From assembly GCF_003918875.1 (NCBI RefSeq), contig NW_025765370.1, forward strand, positions 1,054,001-1,118,000: a stretch of DNA of 64,000 bases. Reading direction: 5' to 3'. A program made the position numbers and the translations under genes. This DNA is from Haliotis rubra (Eukaryota). This document shows positions 11,472 through 25,505 of this stretch, one piece after another. The notes beneath the pieces are model-generated. The model was not told the DNA's origin. It made no database searches and saw only the letters and a program-made list of their open reading frames with translations. Within the stretch, counting starts at the first letter, position 1. Each line of letters starts with the position of its first letter.

Positions 11472-14400
11472 TATGAAATTGAAAAACCTGAAATGAATAA
11501 CAGCCAGATATATTTTGGAATAACCGAAGATCAAGTACTAGTATTAGAATGTGCTCATGTCACTGATAAAACCTTATGTCCAGATACAATGAAACTAACA
11601 CAAAGTGTGCAACTCATGATTTATCAGACAGCAGTAACCATATAATATAATATGGTCTCTGGTCAGAGTGTATATAAAATGGTTTATGCCAGATGCAACT
11701 AAACTGACCTCTTGGAAGTGGAAAATGTGTTGTCTTATAACCTTCGTGTGATGTTGAGTATTTTCATGTTAGCTGGGATGTTATTGATTTGTCACTTTTT
11801 AAAAAAAAAAATAAAATAAAATTTATAAGCACTTTCATCAGTGTACCAGATAAACATTTTATGACCTACATACTCAACTGCGGAAGCTGGAACAACACTT
11901 GCCTAACATGTTGAAATCTAACATGTTATATTTGGGATTACACTTTCTATGTTACATTTGACCACTTTCTAAAATGGCATTGTGTATTTCTATTGAAATC
12001 TGCCAGATAAAATATATTAAAAATCACATACGTATAACTTGCCTCTTTAAACATCATTCACACATGACGGATACCAAAGTACCACAAGCAGAATCCATCA
12101 ACAATGTTCGCAATCACGTACATTTTGCCGGCAGTGACGCTATTGTGATAAGTTAGTGGTTGTCCCCCCTAACATCAAAAACGAAGTGGGTGGGCTAATT
12201 GGCTGGGACTGGATCGGTCTATTGGCCTAACTTGAGTTGTTTTAAAGGGCCACTGATCCAGAGCAATTTCCATGGACTGGTTGTTGCTTTTGTTATTGTT
12301 TTCCTCCAGTGAGTACCTGGATGATATCCCAGAATTCATAACTGGTTCGTTACCGCTGCTGCGCCACCCTCATGCGCAATTGATAGTATAAGTATAGACC
12401 GATCAACAAAGATGAAATCTTTTTTACTCAATAATCTTATGTTGACTTTGTTGTAAAATTATGTAGACTTTGATGAATAATTTGGTTTCTTATAAAAAAA
12501 TATTCACTTGGGGAGAGTATTGAGCTTGGGTTCAGTACTAGTCAGTCTGAACATTGTATTAAATGGCATTATTTTGATAACAAACGAAAACATTTTATGT
12601 TTAACCATCTGCCAGTGGTAAAAAATGTTAGGACTGAAATAATGAAGTCAATGTACGTCTTTATATTTTGTCTTATAATCCTAATTAGTTTATCATCATA
12701 TTTGTATGGATTTTGAAACTTAAGAAAATGCACACGATATGCTACTTAGTGAATATATAACATGATTGTAATATCTAGACATTTTATAGATTGCCAACGC
12801 GTATCATATTTCACACACACACACCCTGAGCGCGATCTAGTGTATGTTGTCTGTCTCATTACACTTCACGGTGAAAATAATGATTCTGTCGAATGCCATA
12901 ACAAATAAATAAAAACAAAATGCAAATATTAAAATCAACACAGACTAATGTTATACTTATAGCAACAATATCAAGCTATTACCTTTTTCGAGGAATGTAT
13001 CCATCAATATGTATTCAGTGTAGATTAGTAAATCTACATACATAAACACTATCTTTTGACAAAGGATAAAAGCAATCATAATCAATCAGCATGTTATAGG
13101 TTAATCCTTTGATCGATGTTTGAACTCAGCTGATAATTCCTCTTACTGTACTTCCATGTGCATATTACATAAAATGGTGTCCTCCCATTACGCAGACAGC
13201 CAGTTCGCAGACACCTTAAAACAACAACATTTACGGTTCAGAGAACAGATTATCTACTACCTCTTACCTACACATTATAATGGACTAGTCAAAATAAAAA
13301 CACAGGAACAAACTGAAGCTATATTATTTATTTTGAAAGATGGACGAAAAGACAGTAATTTGAATTTTCATTGCTGCAATATAAAAACAGTTTGTTTTCA
13401 TAAACATTTCTGTTTAACCTTCTAGTCTAACGGGAGTCGGCATCATCATATTGAAAACATTAGCTTAGCTATTAGGAATTCCGACACTGTTGTATCATAT
13501 AAATCAAATAAAGTCAAATGTGAACCTAAATATTATTCATATGGAATAAAGAAGTTATATGTTTTGCACACAATATTAAGATATATGACGAGTGCACTTA
13601 ATTACGATTTATTTAGAATAAATATTCAAAATATGACGCATCATGACAATGTGGCCATTATTTCCTTGAATGACCATTGTATACTACTCAAAGACATAAA
13701 CTGTTACAATCTTTAGAAAGTATCGTTAAAATTAGAACACTGATTGGTATTAATCGTATCTTACATGACAATGCAGGTGTCTCATTTACTGCAAATCAGA
13801 ATGTTTTCAAAAATGTTCATATCTATACCTCTCCAACAAAACGTAACTTCTGTTTGTACATATGCTATTATTGGGAGGGGGCTTTTCTATCAATAAACAC
13901 AATCAAACATCTCAGTGACAAACCTGTTTTTAAATTCGATAGTAATTGATAGTAAACTAAAATTTGAGAAGAGAAATCATTTATCATTTAATCACAACAA
14001 AGTTCTATTTACTCATAATCAAACTTCTCAGTAGCGAACCTGTTTCAGGCTCACCCTGCTCTACTCACTAGACAGCGGACTGTTCCATTGTACTTGTAGG
14101 TATTACCCTAATTAACCTTCTAGTTTAGTGTCTGTCAACTGGCTGTCTGTCAAATAGGTGTCTGTCAATTGGGAGATAACCCATAAAATGTAATACATTT
14201 GCCAAATCAGACCTCAATTTATAATGATGAGTATTTACTCCAGACACAAGAAATGCCAAATGGGCACCTGTGTCGGGTAATCTGAGTGGTGTTATCACTA
14301 ATTATACCTGTTATAAATTCATTAACTGACCATCAAGTGAATGATGACAAATAACGTGTAGGTTTACCACCAAACAAGGGTTACAGCAAGAGAGTAGTAA

Positions 14401-14931
14401 TCCCTGTTTAGCATGCAAGTTTGATTGCCTGAAAAAAAACCTGATGGGCTGACACTGTTTTGAGGATACAAACGGAACTTCATTGTTACATAAGAAATAT
14501 ATATATGCATTTGCTGTGACTTAGTTAAAAACTGTATATACCTATGTACCTAAGTAAAATTTCAGATTTATTTTGCAATGGCAAAGTGGGGTTGTTTAGT
14601 TTATGGATTCAAATACATATATCAAATGTTGTATTGGATATCATAGCATACGTAATAGACATAATATTTTTACATGATTAAATATTGAGGTAAAAAACAC
14701 AGAAATAGGATCAAATTGGATCAGTCACCATACCATCCAAACATTTGAAAATCTGAAAAAGCCTACACTGCTGGGATACTTTATTACAATCAGACAAGAA
14801 CTACTGGGGATATTTTCAAATAAGGGGATCTGATGGGCAAGATTTTTAGCAGAGCCTGAACTGTGTCAGAACGTCTTGATCAGCACAGTTATTTCAAATA
14901 CCAAACCCAGTTTAGGGGCTCTGTGCTCAGA

Positions 14932-15093
14932 GTGAATGAGTTTAGTTTTACGCCACTTTTAGCGATATTCCAGCAACATCACGGCTGGGGACACCAGAAA
15001 TGGGCTTCACACATTGTACCCACGTGGGGAATTGAAGCCAGGTCTTTGACATGACGAGTGAACGCTTTAACCACTAGGCTACCCCACCACGCC
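14932..15093 (-). mobile_element. SINE family A, full length
   Basis: A/B boxes, family core and (ACTC)n-type tail; flanking near-duplication CTGTGC(T/G)CAGA. Confidence 0.85.
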
Positions 15094-15853
15094 TCCTGTG
15101 CGCAGAACTGTGAGTACGCCTCATCCAGATAATATAATAGCCAACAGATTCACGTTATAAAAATAAAAGACCGGTTTCTGGGTATTATAGTCGTACAAAG
15201 TTTGAAACTAAATGGTAATTACATTTCATCATCATATATTTACTGTTTTGGGAAGCATGTTTCTTTACCTGAGTAAGTGAGTTTCGTGTTATGTTGTCAA
15301 ACTCTTTTATGATATAAAATGTGAAACAAAAATGAAAACTGTACTATAACTTAATAGAGTTCTTTGAATGTTTCTTCCGCATCCGACTCAACACGAATGC
15401 AAGGTGACAATTTCATAACACAGTTGATCTAATTATTCTAGACTTACTCTTCCAAACACAGACGTGTGATGGATCAAGGTGGTGTCAACTTGTTTCGATA
15501 CCGAAAGTAGATCATAATATGATTCAAGAAGAAATCTTCACGCTGGGCTCTGTCTCTTCGTGTCATAAAAAACGCAAGTTGACGATGCGCAGAGATAATC
15601 GTAATATAGTTTAAGCTGCTAGCTCCATCTCATCGCGTGACACTTTCGTCACGCTGAAGACAACTGTGATTTGGAGGGCATAGAGAGCCAGGAACCAGTT
15701 TACCGTACGGGTGGCAGCATAGACTGGTTCCCGGAGTCTCCGCTTGCCATCGATGGCAGCGATAGTTTTGATGGACCGCAAACGGGCCATAGCTGTGTGG
15801 AGCTTTATTTTGTCGAACGAAGGGGAAGTAACTCTCGGGTAATATCTGACAGC

Positions 15854-15917
15854 ATGGCTGCTAGTTGTTCGAGGTTTGCGGTACTACGTTCACTTTTTCG
15901 AAGAAACCGACTTCAAG
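15854..15917 (+). CDS. MRPL46: Mitochondrial ribosomal protein L46, exon 1 (transit peptide)
   Basis: MAASCSRFAVLRSLFRRNRLQ in a CpG-rich promoter zone; donor G|GTGAAG, phase 1, matching exon 2. Confidence 0.8.
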
Positions 15918-17609
15918 GTGAAGTAAAAATGCATTGTTATAGTACCAGTTATTTCTTCAGATCACCATTATGGTCTTGGAGCAAGCACCGTGGAACAATC
16001 TGTCGTTCTGTATAGCAACAAGGCAATGTCCAACTTGTTTTTTACGGTGCACAGAGAGGTAGTTAATGCAGTCTGGTGCAGACAAACCAAGAAACATGTG
16101 TTGCAGCCTGTGCTGGTCCAGTCAAAAATGACCAAGGCGGCGGGTCGTGAGAGATGTATTTATTTGTTGTGTCGCTGTGGCATGACACTCTGTAATAATA
16201 ATAACAAATATGCAATCCATATTTCCAAACACATTCACATATATACACACGGGTAAATTAAATATTCCAAAGAACAATTAAGATATTATCAAGCCACTGC
16301 ATACATATGATATGCAGTAATATAATTACATAAGAGGTTCATAAACATAAGCTCATACTCAAACAACTATTAGTTGATTGTCACTGATAGTTAAACACAT
16401 ACTAAATCTGCATTGATTGATCATATATACATATACATGCAATATAACATTTGCATCTTGGCATATCAAGATGAGAAACTATAAAAACGCATACCCTGTG
16501 GGTGACACAAAAGTTAGTCTTTGACCTGGGTGGTCGCCAACGCTCAGAACACTGAGCAAAACTCGGAAGGTGTAACCTACTGTGTAAATAAGATAAATGA
16601 CAGCACATTGTTGAAAGTGAGTACACAATGCAGACTACATATACATAATCTAAATATCATAACTTCCATATTTACAATTTCCTGATTATTACACCTAGGA
16701 CAATAATCATACAGATAAAGCTTACAATATGCATTTAGATTAAAATAGTACACAACCATTACAATGAGATCTGACACATTCATCCATGACTCCATTCATA
16801 ACATTCATGCTCATAAATCCCTAACTATGTACCATATCACACATTAGATTACTTAAAGGCATTTAATACAATCATTAAGGTTAATATATTCATACAGTAG
16901 ACTTAGTTTAGTAAGTAATAATTTTAACTAACCTGTGGACTGATCTGTATGGTGGATGCAGTGCAGTGATTGTGACAAGTGCTGAGAGGTGTTAAAATGG
17001 TTGGTTACATAGATATTCAAAATCACCAATCAAGACAAAGAATCAGGCTTCAGTCCTTTGATCAAGACAATAGAGTAAATACACTAAAATGGAATAACCT
17101 GACTACCCTTAAATCAAGAATGAACTGACCCTATAAGCTGATTGAGCTCTAAAAGTATATACATGAGGTGAAGATAGACAAACAACTAATTAGATTACTT
17201 ATTGTAAACAAGCGGTAGTCTGTTGAACAATCCTATACACTATATACAATGATAAAACCTGATTGGTACAAGTAAACAAATATAAAATATGTTTGATTTC
17301 ATCCCTGTTACACATGTGTGAAGCAGGATTCAAACTCATAATCATAGTTCTAGCTTGCCCATCAGGGAAAGAGTTCCTCACGTATCCCCCGCCTATTTTT
17401 GTGATGAGCAAACACTATAGTTTAGTCTATAGTTTATAGTTAAAAATTAGGTGAGGAACTTTTGCTAAAAACTAGGAATGTTGCTTGGCTATTTACTTAA
17501 TTTTCTTGTATTTTAACATTGTAGGCAATTCATCATTGTAATATGAAGCATAATTATGATAATGCTTCCACTCTTATTGATCTGGTTTCGTTGAAATACA
17601 TTCCAGATA

Positions 17610-18157
17610 CAATGCCGTCCGGTAATTCCGTGCACATAAGCACATCGATTGCAACACAGTAACTAACGCCACTTATTTTTTGTGGTTTACGTGGCTAAAC
17701 ATGGTGGTATGCATCATATTTACCTAGAAATATAAGTTTTATTGACGACTCTAAGATTCTAAGGTAGCATTATGCCATACGGTTAACTTTACCGGCGTTC
17801 TTACGACATTGCTTGCTGTCCGGTAATTCTGTGCAACATCCAGTTGGAGATCCGAAGTATGGAAGCGTATTAGGGCCAGATTATTTTCAAAATCACTTCA
17901 TCAATGTAAGGAAGAGTGTTTCATATTAAATCCGATTATGAATAATGAAGAAAAAGGTTTAAAAGTCTGAAGAAAACAAATTTTCATAAAACTGTCAATT
18001 TATCTGTCAATTACTGATATTTACTTACCTTTAGTGATTAAAAGCCAGTCCCTCGTAGAAATGTCCCGATTTCAAGTGTAAATGTGGCAGCAGACGATGT
18101 TTACCTTCGATACGGAAGTACGTTATTGCAGCTGCGCGGAATTACCAGACTCACTTG
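17610..18157. mobile_element. Tc1/mariner-type MITE in MRPL46 intron 1
   Basis: Imperfect TIRs CAATGCCGTCCGGTAATTCCG / CGGAATTACCAGACTCACTTG with TA on both sides. Confidence 0.6.
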
Positions 18158-18934
18158 TATATGTAAAATTACTTCTGGTGATTTATTAACTTGAACTGGG
18201 AACGTCTTAGCTCAAGCTTGTAACTGTCACTGACATTTGCTTCAGATTTTGGACCAAATATTTGCATCTGAACATGTGCAGTATGGTGTGAATTACAAAT
18301 AACTACTATGAGATCTTTTCTAGTTGATATCTATTCTTAATTTGCTGAAGTAAAATAGATTTAAACAAAGAATTTATTACAACATAGTTTGGAAGAAGGT
18401 ATGATATAATTATATGATAGATTAATGAACATTTTAGATATGCAAAAGGGCTTTGTTCATGTTGAGTGGCTTAAATGAAACAATGGTAGTCCTTGTGTAT
18501 ACAGTGATTTTAAGTCGATGACAAGATACTTATTGGTTTTTATTCACATTAAGGGCACTGGTATACAAACATTTAATGGGATACCTATCTGTCATGTTTG
18601 CTTCGTGCTATTAATAAAGGTATGAGCATAAGTGTGACTATCTGAAAGATGAGTTGATAAGGTTAAAGAGCCACATTTTAACAAACTGAACGTATATTTA
18701 ATTAACTTATATAACTGTAAAGTATGTTCTTTTATGGATGCTTTGATTATTTACCATTGTGTTAGTAGCAGCTCCATAGCTAAAAATGGCTGTTGAAAAT
18801 CTTAAAAACTGGTTTTAACTATTGTGCACATCCCTTTCTTAAGTCATGGTTGGTATTTGTCAATTCATTTTCTCAAAAAGTACTTGCTGTATTAGTAAGA
18901 AACTTCTGAAAACTAATAATGTGTTTTGCTTTAG

Positions 18935-19145
18935 GATTTCATTATCTGAAACGCTCCGCGAGCAGCTCCCAGACAGGCAAGTCGTTTCAGCAATGGCAGC
19001 TGATGAGTGCAGTGTGTGTGGAGAGATTCCCAGTCATAACAGAACTAAAAACCAAGATGGAGGACAGGTTTGGGGAGCTTCTCGACAAGATGGAGTTTGA
19101 GAACAGCCTTTTATCAAATCATGAGATACGTCACAGGAATGATAT
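18935..19145 (+). CDS. MRPL46: MRPL46 exon 2
   Basis: WQLMSAVCVERFPVIT..EFENSLLSNHEIR matches the MRPL46 N-domain; tttag| acceptor, AT|GTAAG donor. Confidence 0.9.
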
Positions 19146-19204
19146 GTAAGATTCAAATGAAACTGTTTATGACTGTCATAGGATTCAAATCAGGCACTAA
19201 GTGT

Positions 19205-19337
19205 CTGCTCGTCACGCTGAAGACCCGGGTTCGATTCCCCACATGGGTACAATGTGTGAAGCCCATATCTGGTGTCCCCCACTGTGATATTGCTGGAATA
19301 TTGCTAAAAGCGGTGTAAAACCAAACTCACTCACTCA
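19205..19337 (+). mobile_element. SINE family A, 5'-truncated
   Basis: B box GGTTCGATTCC, core and (ACTC)n tail. Confidence 0.85.
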
Positions 19338-19831
19338 TGTTTACAGAAAGATTTAGTAGACTATGAAGATGAAGTTTGTTCAGTAATTACATGAACATTG
19401 ATCTATCTACATTTGGTGCTGATGTTGGTAAAATTGTTGAGTCATGTGACGAGAGATCCTTATCCACATAACTATGGAGGTTTACCCCTTCAGCAAGCTG
19501 ACACGGAGAGGTTGTCATCTGTGGGAAGACTCCTTGCTCTGCTACACTTGATGTAACTAGACGTTGATAATTATGAGATTGTCTGTGTTCTGCTTATGTA
19601 TTGTACTGAATGACTGTGTTCTCTACTGTGGCTGACTCTTCCCACCAAAACTTTGAACTACTCACAGAATACATTTACTTCTAAAGATAAGGTTTTACAG
19701 TAAAATTGTCAAGAACATTGTCAGTGTGTTTCAACCATTTGTTATTTCAAACAGTAGTAATGTATTTTATGCTTGAACTATCTGTACCTCTAGCACTCTA
19801 TGTTTTCTGTACCTGTAGTTGGGGTTTTCAG

Positions 19832-19965
19832 ATTGAGAGAAGCGAGACGCAAAGAGGATGACTTTGAAGAGACGGAAGCCGAGGCCGTCACACAGACAGC
19901 TCTTGACCTGGAGGACATGTGGGAGATGGAGACGAAACAGTTCACCCCAGCTGACCGCCTCACTG
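19832..19965 (+). CDS. MRPL46: MRPL46 exon 3
   Basis: QTALDLEDMWE..FTPADRLT; phases 2/1 consistent with flanking exons. Confidence 0.9.
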
Positions 19966-20439
19966 GTCAGTGCACTGGTCAGCGCTTCGCTCGCTGAACA
20001 ATAGGATGGATGAGAACACTTTCAAGAGAGAAAATAAAACAGTTCTCCATTTTCATTATTTTCATTGGTAGTTTGTCTCTTCACCCTGAATTGGTCTGAA
20101 TGTGGTTGATCTACTTAAGGCAGGACCTGCATTCTTCCGTACTAACTTCTTTAGCTATCACAGTATAGTGCAATATGGTTGAAACAATCTCTGTCTTCTC
20201 TTCGAATAAAACTACTTCTTGTGTCTATAATTATGTGAAATATGAAAAGACAAGATGATTTCAAATGATAGATGACTGTGCGAACTGAATACCTTTTTAA
20301 ATGCAAGAATCCGGATAACACAAGGCCCAGGGGTTGCATTCTTCACCAAATATGACGATACATGATATTTCAGGTGATTACCTGTGATGTTTCAGCTGAT
20401 GATCCCTGATATTGCAGTTGAGAATACCTGATGTTTCAG

Positions 20440-20582
20440 ATGCAGACAAGTCTGGAGACAAGAAGTCCACGGACAGGAAGTTGACAGAGAAGTTGGTACT
20501 TCTGGTGAAGCAGAAAGTCGGGGACAAGCCGCTGTGGGTGTTTCCCCAGGGAAGTTGGTCGGAGGGAGAATCTTTGAGAGAG
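20440..20582 (+). CDS. MRPL46: MRPL46 exon 4
   Basis: DRKLTEKLVLLVKQK..WVFPQG..EGESLRE (Nudix-like fold segment); phases 1/0. Confidence 0.9.
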
Positions 20583-20892
20583 GTGGGTCACAACATTACA
20601 ACAGTCAGCATCATAAAGCAACAAAAATGTTTAGTATTAAAGTACATGGTCTTGACTTACTCAGAGATGATCTTGGACAGTTTGAGGGGCTGTGCCTTTC
20701 CCTTTCAATTGTCAGTGGCATTGTTGAGCTGTATCACATAACTCTCATTTAGAACTGGTCTTTAGCAAGCCATGCTTGTTGTAAGAGACGACTAACTAAT
20801 GCTTGCTGACTTGGTCTTAGATTTTAGATTTATGATTCTAAGTGACTGTCCATCATACATGCAATGGATGATTGTTAGATTTGGTTGAACAG

Positions 20893-21018
20893 ACTGCAGA
20901 GAGAGTTCTTGGTGTCCGTTGTGGGGAGGAGTTATCTGCCCAGTTTGTCGGGAACGCCCCCTGTGGCGTACACCAGTACGTCTTCAGGTCAAGTCCTGAA
21001 ACAGAAACAGGAGTAAAG
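20893..21018 (+). CDS. MRPL46: MRPL46 exon 5 (not in ORF track)
   Basis: TAERVLGVRCGEELSAQFVGNAPCG..; acag| acceptor and AAG|GTATG donor, phases 0/0. Confidence 0.9.
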
Positions 21019-21230
21019 GTATGCCTTGATGGGGGTGTTTCAACCAGTTAACATGTTGTTAATTATCAGTTAAGAGCATGAAACATGAATTATTTTGTTA
21101 CCTTTTGACCAGCCCATTTTAGAGTGTTCAATTAGAACTCTCTGCCCTTATTCCTACATTGTGTATCATTAAGCAATAATTGCTTACTCACCCTTCTTCA
21201 TATCTGTGATAAGAAGGGACACTTCTTTAT

Positions 21231-21387
21231 GGGCGGGTGGTAGGGTAGTGGTTGAAGCGTTCGCTCGTCAAGCTAGAAACATAGGTTTGCTACCCCACAT
21301 TGGTACAATGTGTGAAGCCCATTTCTGGTGTCCCCAGCCATGAGATTGCTGAAATATTGCTAAAAGTGGCGTAAAACCTCACTCACT
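21231..21387 (+). mobile_element. SINE family A
   Basis: Family head, core and tail. Confidence 0.8.
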
Positions 21388-21769
21388 TTATCTGATTGAG
21401 TGTATATATGTGTAAAAAAAGAAAGGGTGATTTCCTTTTTAACATAATGAATGTTGTGATGTCATTCTTCCTGTTTTTTTTGTAACCTTTATTCAATAAG
21501 AAGAGAAATATACTGTGTTTAATAATGTGAAACTAGGTTACCAGTAGATCAAACTGCACTTTATTGAATTAAGAACTGAACATTAAGTGTGAGGCTTCAT
21601 ATGCTTATCCTTAAATCCAGCACAACATAAATTAGAGTATAAAATTAACATGATTTGGCATGTTAACCTTGAACTTCAATCTACTTAATATCACCAATTT
21701 GACACAGTGACAGTGCTTGTTGCATAATAATTCTGGCTAGTGATGTTTGTGTAATGTTGTTTTTTTCAG

Positions 21770-21922
21770 CTGTTTTTCTTCAAGGCTGCGTACAAGACAG
21801 GCAGTGTGAATGTAGATGAGGACAGTACTGAAGACTTTCTGTGGGTGACAAAGAGAGAACTGAGGGATTACCTGCATCCCTCGTATTACAGCAGTGTTAA
21901 GTCTTTTATACTTGATATATGA
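21770..21922 (+). CDS. MRPL46: MRPL46 exon 6 (last coding); total CDS 831 nt, 276 aa
   Basis: LFFFKA..DFLWVTKRELRDYL..FILDI*; candidate polyA signal AATAAA at 22518. Confidence 0.9.
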   Translation: MFFFKAAYKTGSVNVDEDSTEDFLWVTKRELRDYLHPSYYSSVKSFILDI

Positions 21923-21998
21923 ATGTGTGACTTGTGTTTGTGTGTCTGTCATCTCACTTGGCTTAAGAGTATGTTTGGTTCTTAAACCCAAGGTCCAG

Positions 21999-22105
21999 GG
22001 CCTAGATTTTCAAAGCTCTCTTAGAGCTAAGATAGTTGTAAGTTAATGTTAATGTATGGCACTTCTGACTATCTAAGAGCTAAGAGAGCTTTGAAAATCT
22101 AGGCC
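21999..22105. mobile_element. Hairpin MITE (PIF/Harbinger-like, CAG TSD) in the MRPL46 3' UTR
   Basis: 38-bp arms, first 26 bp perfectly inverted (GGCCTAGATTTTCAAAGCTCTCTTAG); CAG on both sides. Confidence 0.8.
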
Positions 22106-22659
22106 CAGGATCCCATTTCGGACCTAGACCAAACAAGGAATTTATTCTGTCATTCTGGAGGAACACTTAGTTCATAGATTATACAAATGTGAATCATATT
22201 TATGTATTTGTTGGTTACTAGAAATGATTATATATGAAAAGAAATCGACAGTGGTGATCTTTCTCTAAGACTAGTCTGAGGGTGTCATCATCCTACGGTG
22301 CTCAGAGTTTGTTCTAGTTTGTTTTTGATGTGCAGGAATCAGCGTAAAAGATCAGGTGTTTGATGAGAATTGTTTCTAATGAAATATTAGTTCAACAGTT
22401 TAAAAAATCCTGGTTAAATATAAGCATAATTAGAGAACGCCCAAACACTTTGTAGACTGCTCTGTGAGTGAATCATCATGATCAAACTGTGGACGCTGGT
22501 TCTTGTGTTGTATTGAAAATAAAGAATACAACACTAACACAACTCTGAACTTGTATTAGCCAAAAAGTTGATGGAACATTTGATTGAGCATCTCTTGCCA
22601 ACTTGCCAAGCATGCACTGGAACCTGACACTTCCTTGGGTGCATTTTGTATGTCTTTAA

Positions 22660-22957
22660 GGCCTAAAAAAAAAGTTGTGGTTCCGATTACCCGACCGATG
22701 CTTGAATTCTGGTGCCGACCCTGTTTTCTTTAAGCGGTGTGAATAAAATAAGCTTTCAGATACAATTGTTTTTCCCCAGCACCGACGGACATTGGTCATT
22801 CTGATAGAGAAAGTCAACATGATGGCTGCAAGCTTGATTGAATAAACAATTACACATTGATAACTTTACTTCTAAAAAAAAATGAAAAAAATCCTACCTA
22901 CCTACCCTAAATATTAAAGAGGTGTAATCGGAACCACAACATGGTTTTTATTTGGCC
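22660..22957. mobile_element. PIF/Harbinger-like MITE
   Basis: GGCC..GTTGTGGTTCCGATTAC / GTAATCGGAACCACAAC..GGCC, TAA TSD. Confidence 0.75.
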
Positions 22958-23092
22958 TAAGAGTAGCAGGGTGATATAAATCACAATACTTATTTAACTG
23001 TAGACTTAGGCCATGGCTAACTGGAGCACTATGTAACGATCACAGGTGACTGTATCCTGACGGAGAGAACCATCTGATGACCTTGGTTTCAG

Positions 23093-23123
23093 CAGGGATA
23101 CTCTACCTTATATAGTCTCCCTG
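23093..23123. mobile_element. Ultra-short (31 bp) TIR insertion with 7-bp TSD
   Basis: CAGGGATACTCTACCTTATATAGTCTCCCTG flanked by GTTTCAG on both sides. Confidence 0.65.
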
Positions 23124-23561
23124 GTTTCAGTAACAGTATGAGACCTATTAGACCCTGTGATAAAATTGTTGCCAAGGAGCTTTATGTGGCTATGTGATAG
23201 TGGTTCACACAGGACCCTTTTTAAGGGCTGCATTTCCAGGATTGCGAGGGATATCTGACAAGACAGTGAAAGACAAGATCCATGGGGCAGGCCTCAGGGT
23301 CAGATGTCAGTCCGTTTTCACAGAACAGTGTCTTAACATCATTACTAGGCCGCCAGTGGTTTTAGGCTGGTGGGAGGGCCCTGATAGTCTCCAACCCCCT
23401 GTATACTGGGGTTGACGAATTGGGCCACATAGTTTACAGTTATCAGTGTTAACCAAACAAGCCAAACTTCAATCTCAGTTGGGACTGGATCCAGCGAACA
23501 TCACCACACCACAGTAACAGAACAAGAAGAAAATATGTTGTATAGACAAATTCTCTGAAGA

Positions 23562-23674
23562 GTGTGGTTAAAGCGTTCACCAGAGACCCTGGTTCAGTGT
23601 GAAGGCCATTTCTGGTGTCCCCCGCCCTGATATTGCTGGAATAATGCTAAAAGCGGCGTAAAACTCACTCACAC
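23562..23674 (+). mobile_element. SINE family A, internally deleted
   Basis: Core and tail present; CTGAAGAG on both sides. Confidence 0.75.
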
Positions 23675-23829
23675 TGAAGAGCGCATGTAACCTGACGAAA
23701 GAAAACAGCATATATAATAGAGGACATAGGTATAAACACCCTGCCATCAGCCTATACCGGCATCATAAATGAATATCGAGCAAATAGAAATATACGTGCC
23801 GGTAGTCAAACAGGAAATAATCAACACAC

Positions 23830-23980
23830 TGACATGGCTGACACGTGTCATTGTATCTAATTGGGTAGATCGAAGCTCATGCTTTTGATCAGTAGATCGT
23901 CTGGTCCAGTCTCGATTATTTACAGACCGCTGCTGTACAGCTGGAATATTGCTGAGTGCGGCGTAAAGCAACAAACATAC
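23830..23980 (+). mobile_element. SINE family B, 5'-truncated
   Basis: GTCTGGTCCAG..GATTATTTACAGACCG..GCTGGAATATTGCTGAGTGCGGCGTAA. Confidence 0.8.
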
Positions 23981-24310
23981 AAAGCCCTCATGAACACGTA
24001 CATGTGCACTATGCAAAGTGAAGGCAATGTTGTATCTTTTGTAATCGGATACAGTTGTGTTTAAAAAAGAAAAAGAACCAAAAGTTAACACAAATAAAGT
24101 TGTTTGACAGAGATAGTTTCATCAAAACTGGTGATGTTCTGATAAGTTTTCAGAATTACATACTGTCGTAAACAATTGAACCCAAACAGTGATCATTTTG
24201 CCTAAACACCGTGGAAAACCGCCTGTAAATGTGTATGATTCTTACAGTAGACTCAATAGACGAGAGTCTATGGAGTGGAGGGGTGTGAAGTCGGATTTAT
24301 AGTCAGATAT

Positions 24311-24581
24311 GAATGAGTGAGTGAGTGAATTTAGTTTTACGCCGCACTCAGCAATATTCCAGCTATATGGCGGCGGTCTGTAAATAATCGAGTCTGGACC
24401 AGACAATCCAGTGATCAACAGCATGAGCATCGATCAGCGCAACATGGACCGATGACGTGTGTCAACCAAGTCAGCGAGCCTGACCACCCGATCCCGTTAG
24501 TCGCATGGGTCCTGTTAGTCGCCTCTTACGACAAGCAATGGTTATTGAAGATCAATATTCTAACACGGACCTTCACGGGTC
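24311..24581 (-). mobile_element. SINE family B, full length
   Basis: Starts CCCGTGAAGGTCC on the minus strand; (ACTC)n tail; 10-bp TSD AGTCAGATAT. Confidence 0.9.
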
Positions 24582-24845
24582 AGTCAGATATTGTTATAAG
24601 GTAAAAATGCATCCCTAAAACCACGAGAGAATTACATCCGATTCCGTATTTAGATTTCCAGTTTTGCTCAGGAGTCACAACGGTTAGGCACGGTATGGAG
24701 ACGGAAAGTCTCCTCAGAATGGCGTTTAGCCGTAGGCTATAGAAAGAGACACAGAACACATTCGTCCTGAAATACATAACAGATTAATCTTACATTGAAA
24801 CAATAACAAATCAATTAAAAGAGGTGGTCACCGAACGGTGCTGCC

Positions 24846-24965
24846 CGATATTCATCCAATCACGACACACGATATTCATCCAACCACGACACACGATATT
24901 CATCCAACCACGACACACGATATTCATCCAACCACAACACACGATATTCATCCAATCACGACATA
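24846..24965. repeat. Short tandem repeat, about 5 copies of a roughly 24-bp unit
   Basis: CACGATATTCATCCAACCACGACA repeated. Confidence 0.85.
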
Positions 24966-25382
24966 CATGAGTGCAAGGTCGGATACACGATTAACGAATT
25001 AAAACGAGGAGTTGAAGCATGTGACCAAAAATCAGGCTAGGTTCGAACCATTTAAAAAGACATGTTTGGCATTACGAGCTCAGAGTGCGGGTTGTTCTAA
25101 CGTAACATTTAGGAAGCTAATGATCCACGCCACTCAGTTGCCCGTGTGGTACGAACCTGTCTGTTGTTGAAGTTGTATGTAGAGAGATGGGCTGGGACTT
25201 AGTAAAAACTATGTGAGTATAAACTTGGTGTTGCGTTTATCTTTGAATATATGTGTGCCAGTACATGAATGTTAGGTGGTTAGTTAGGAGTCACGGTCGT
25301 CCGACCCCTAACTCCTTGACTTAGCATCCTGCAACGGACCAAGCGAGTAGAGCATCATAGCTACCATCTCCCAGGAAAATGT

Positions 25383-25505
25383 GGAACGACCATATAGGTA
25401 ACTGGAACGACCATATAGGTAACTGGAACGACCATATAGGTAACTGGAACGACCATATAGACTGGAACGACCATTTAGGTAACTGGAACGACCATATCGG
25501 TAACT
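25383..25505. repeat. Tandem repeat, 21-22-bp unit, about 6 copies
   Basis: GGTAACTGGAACGACCATATA repeated. Confidence 0.85.
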
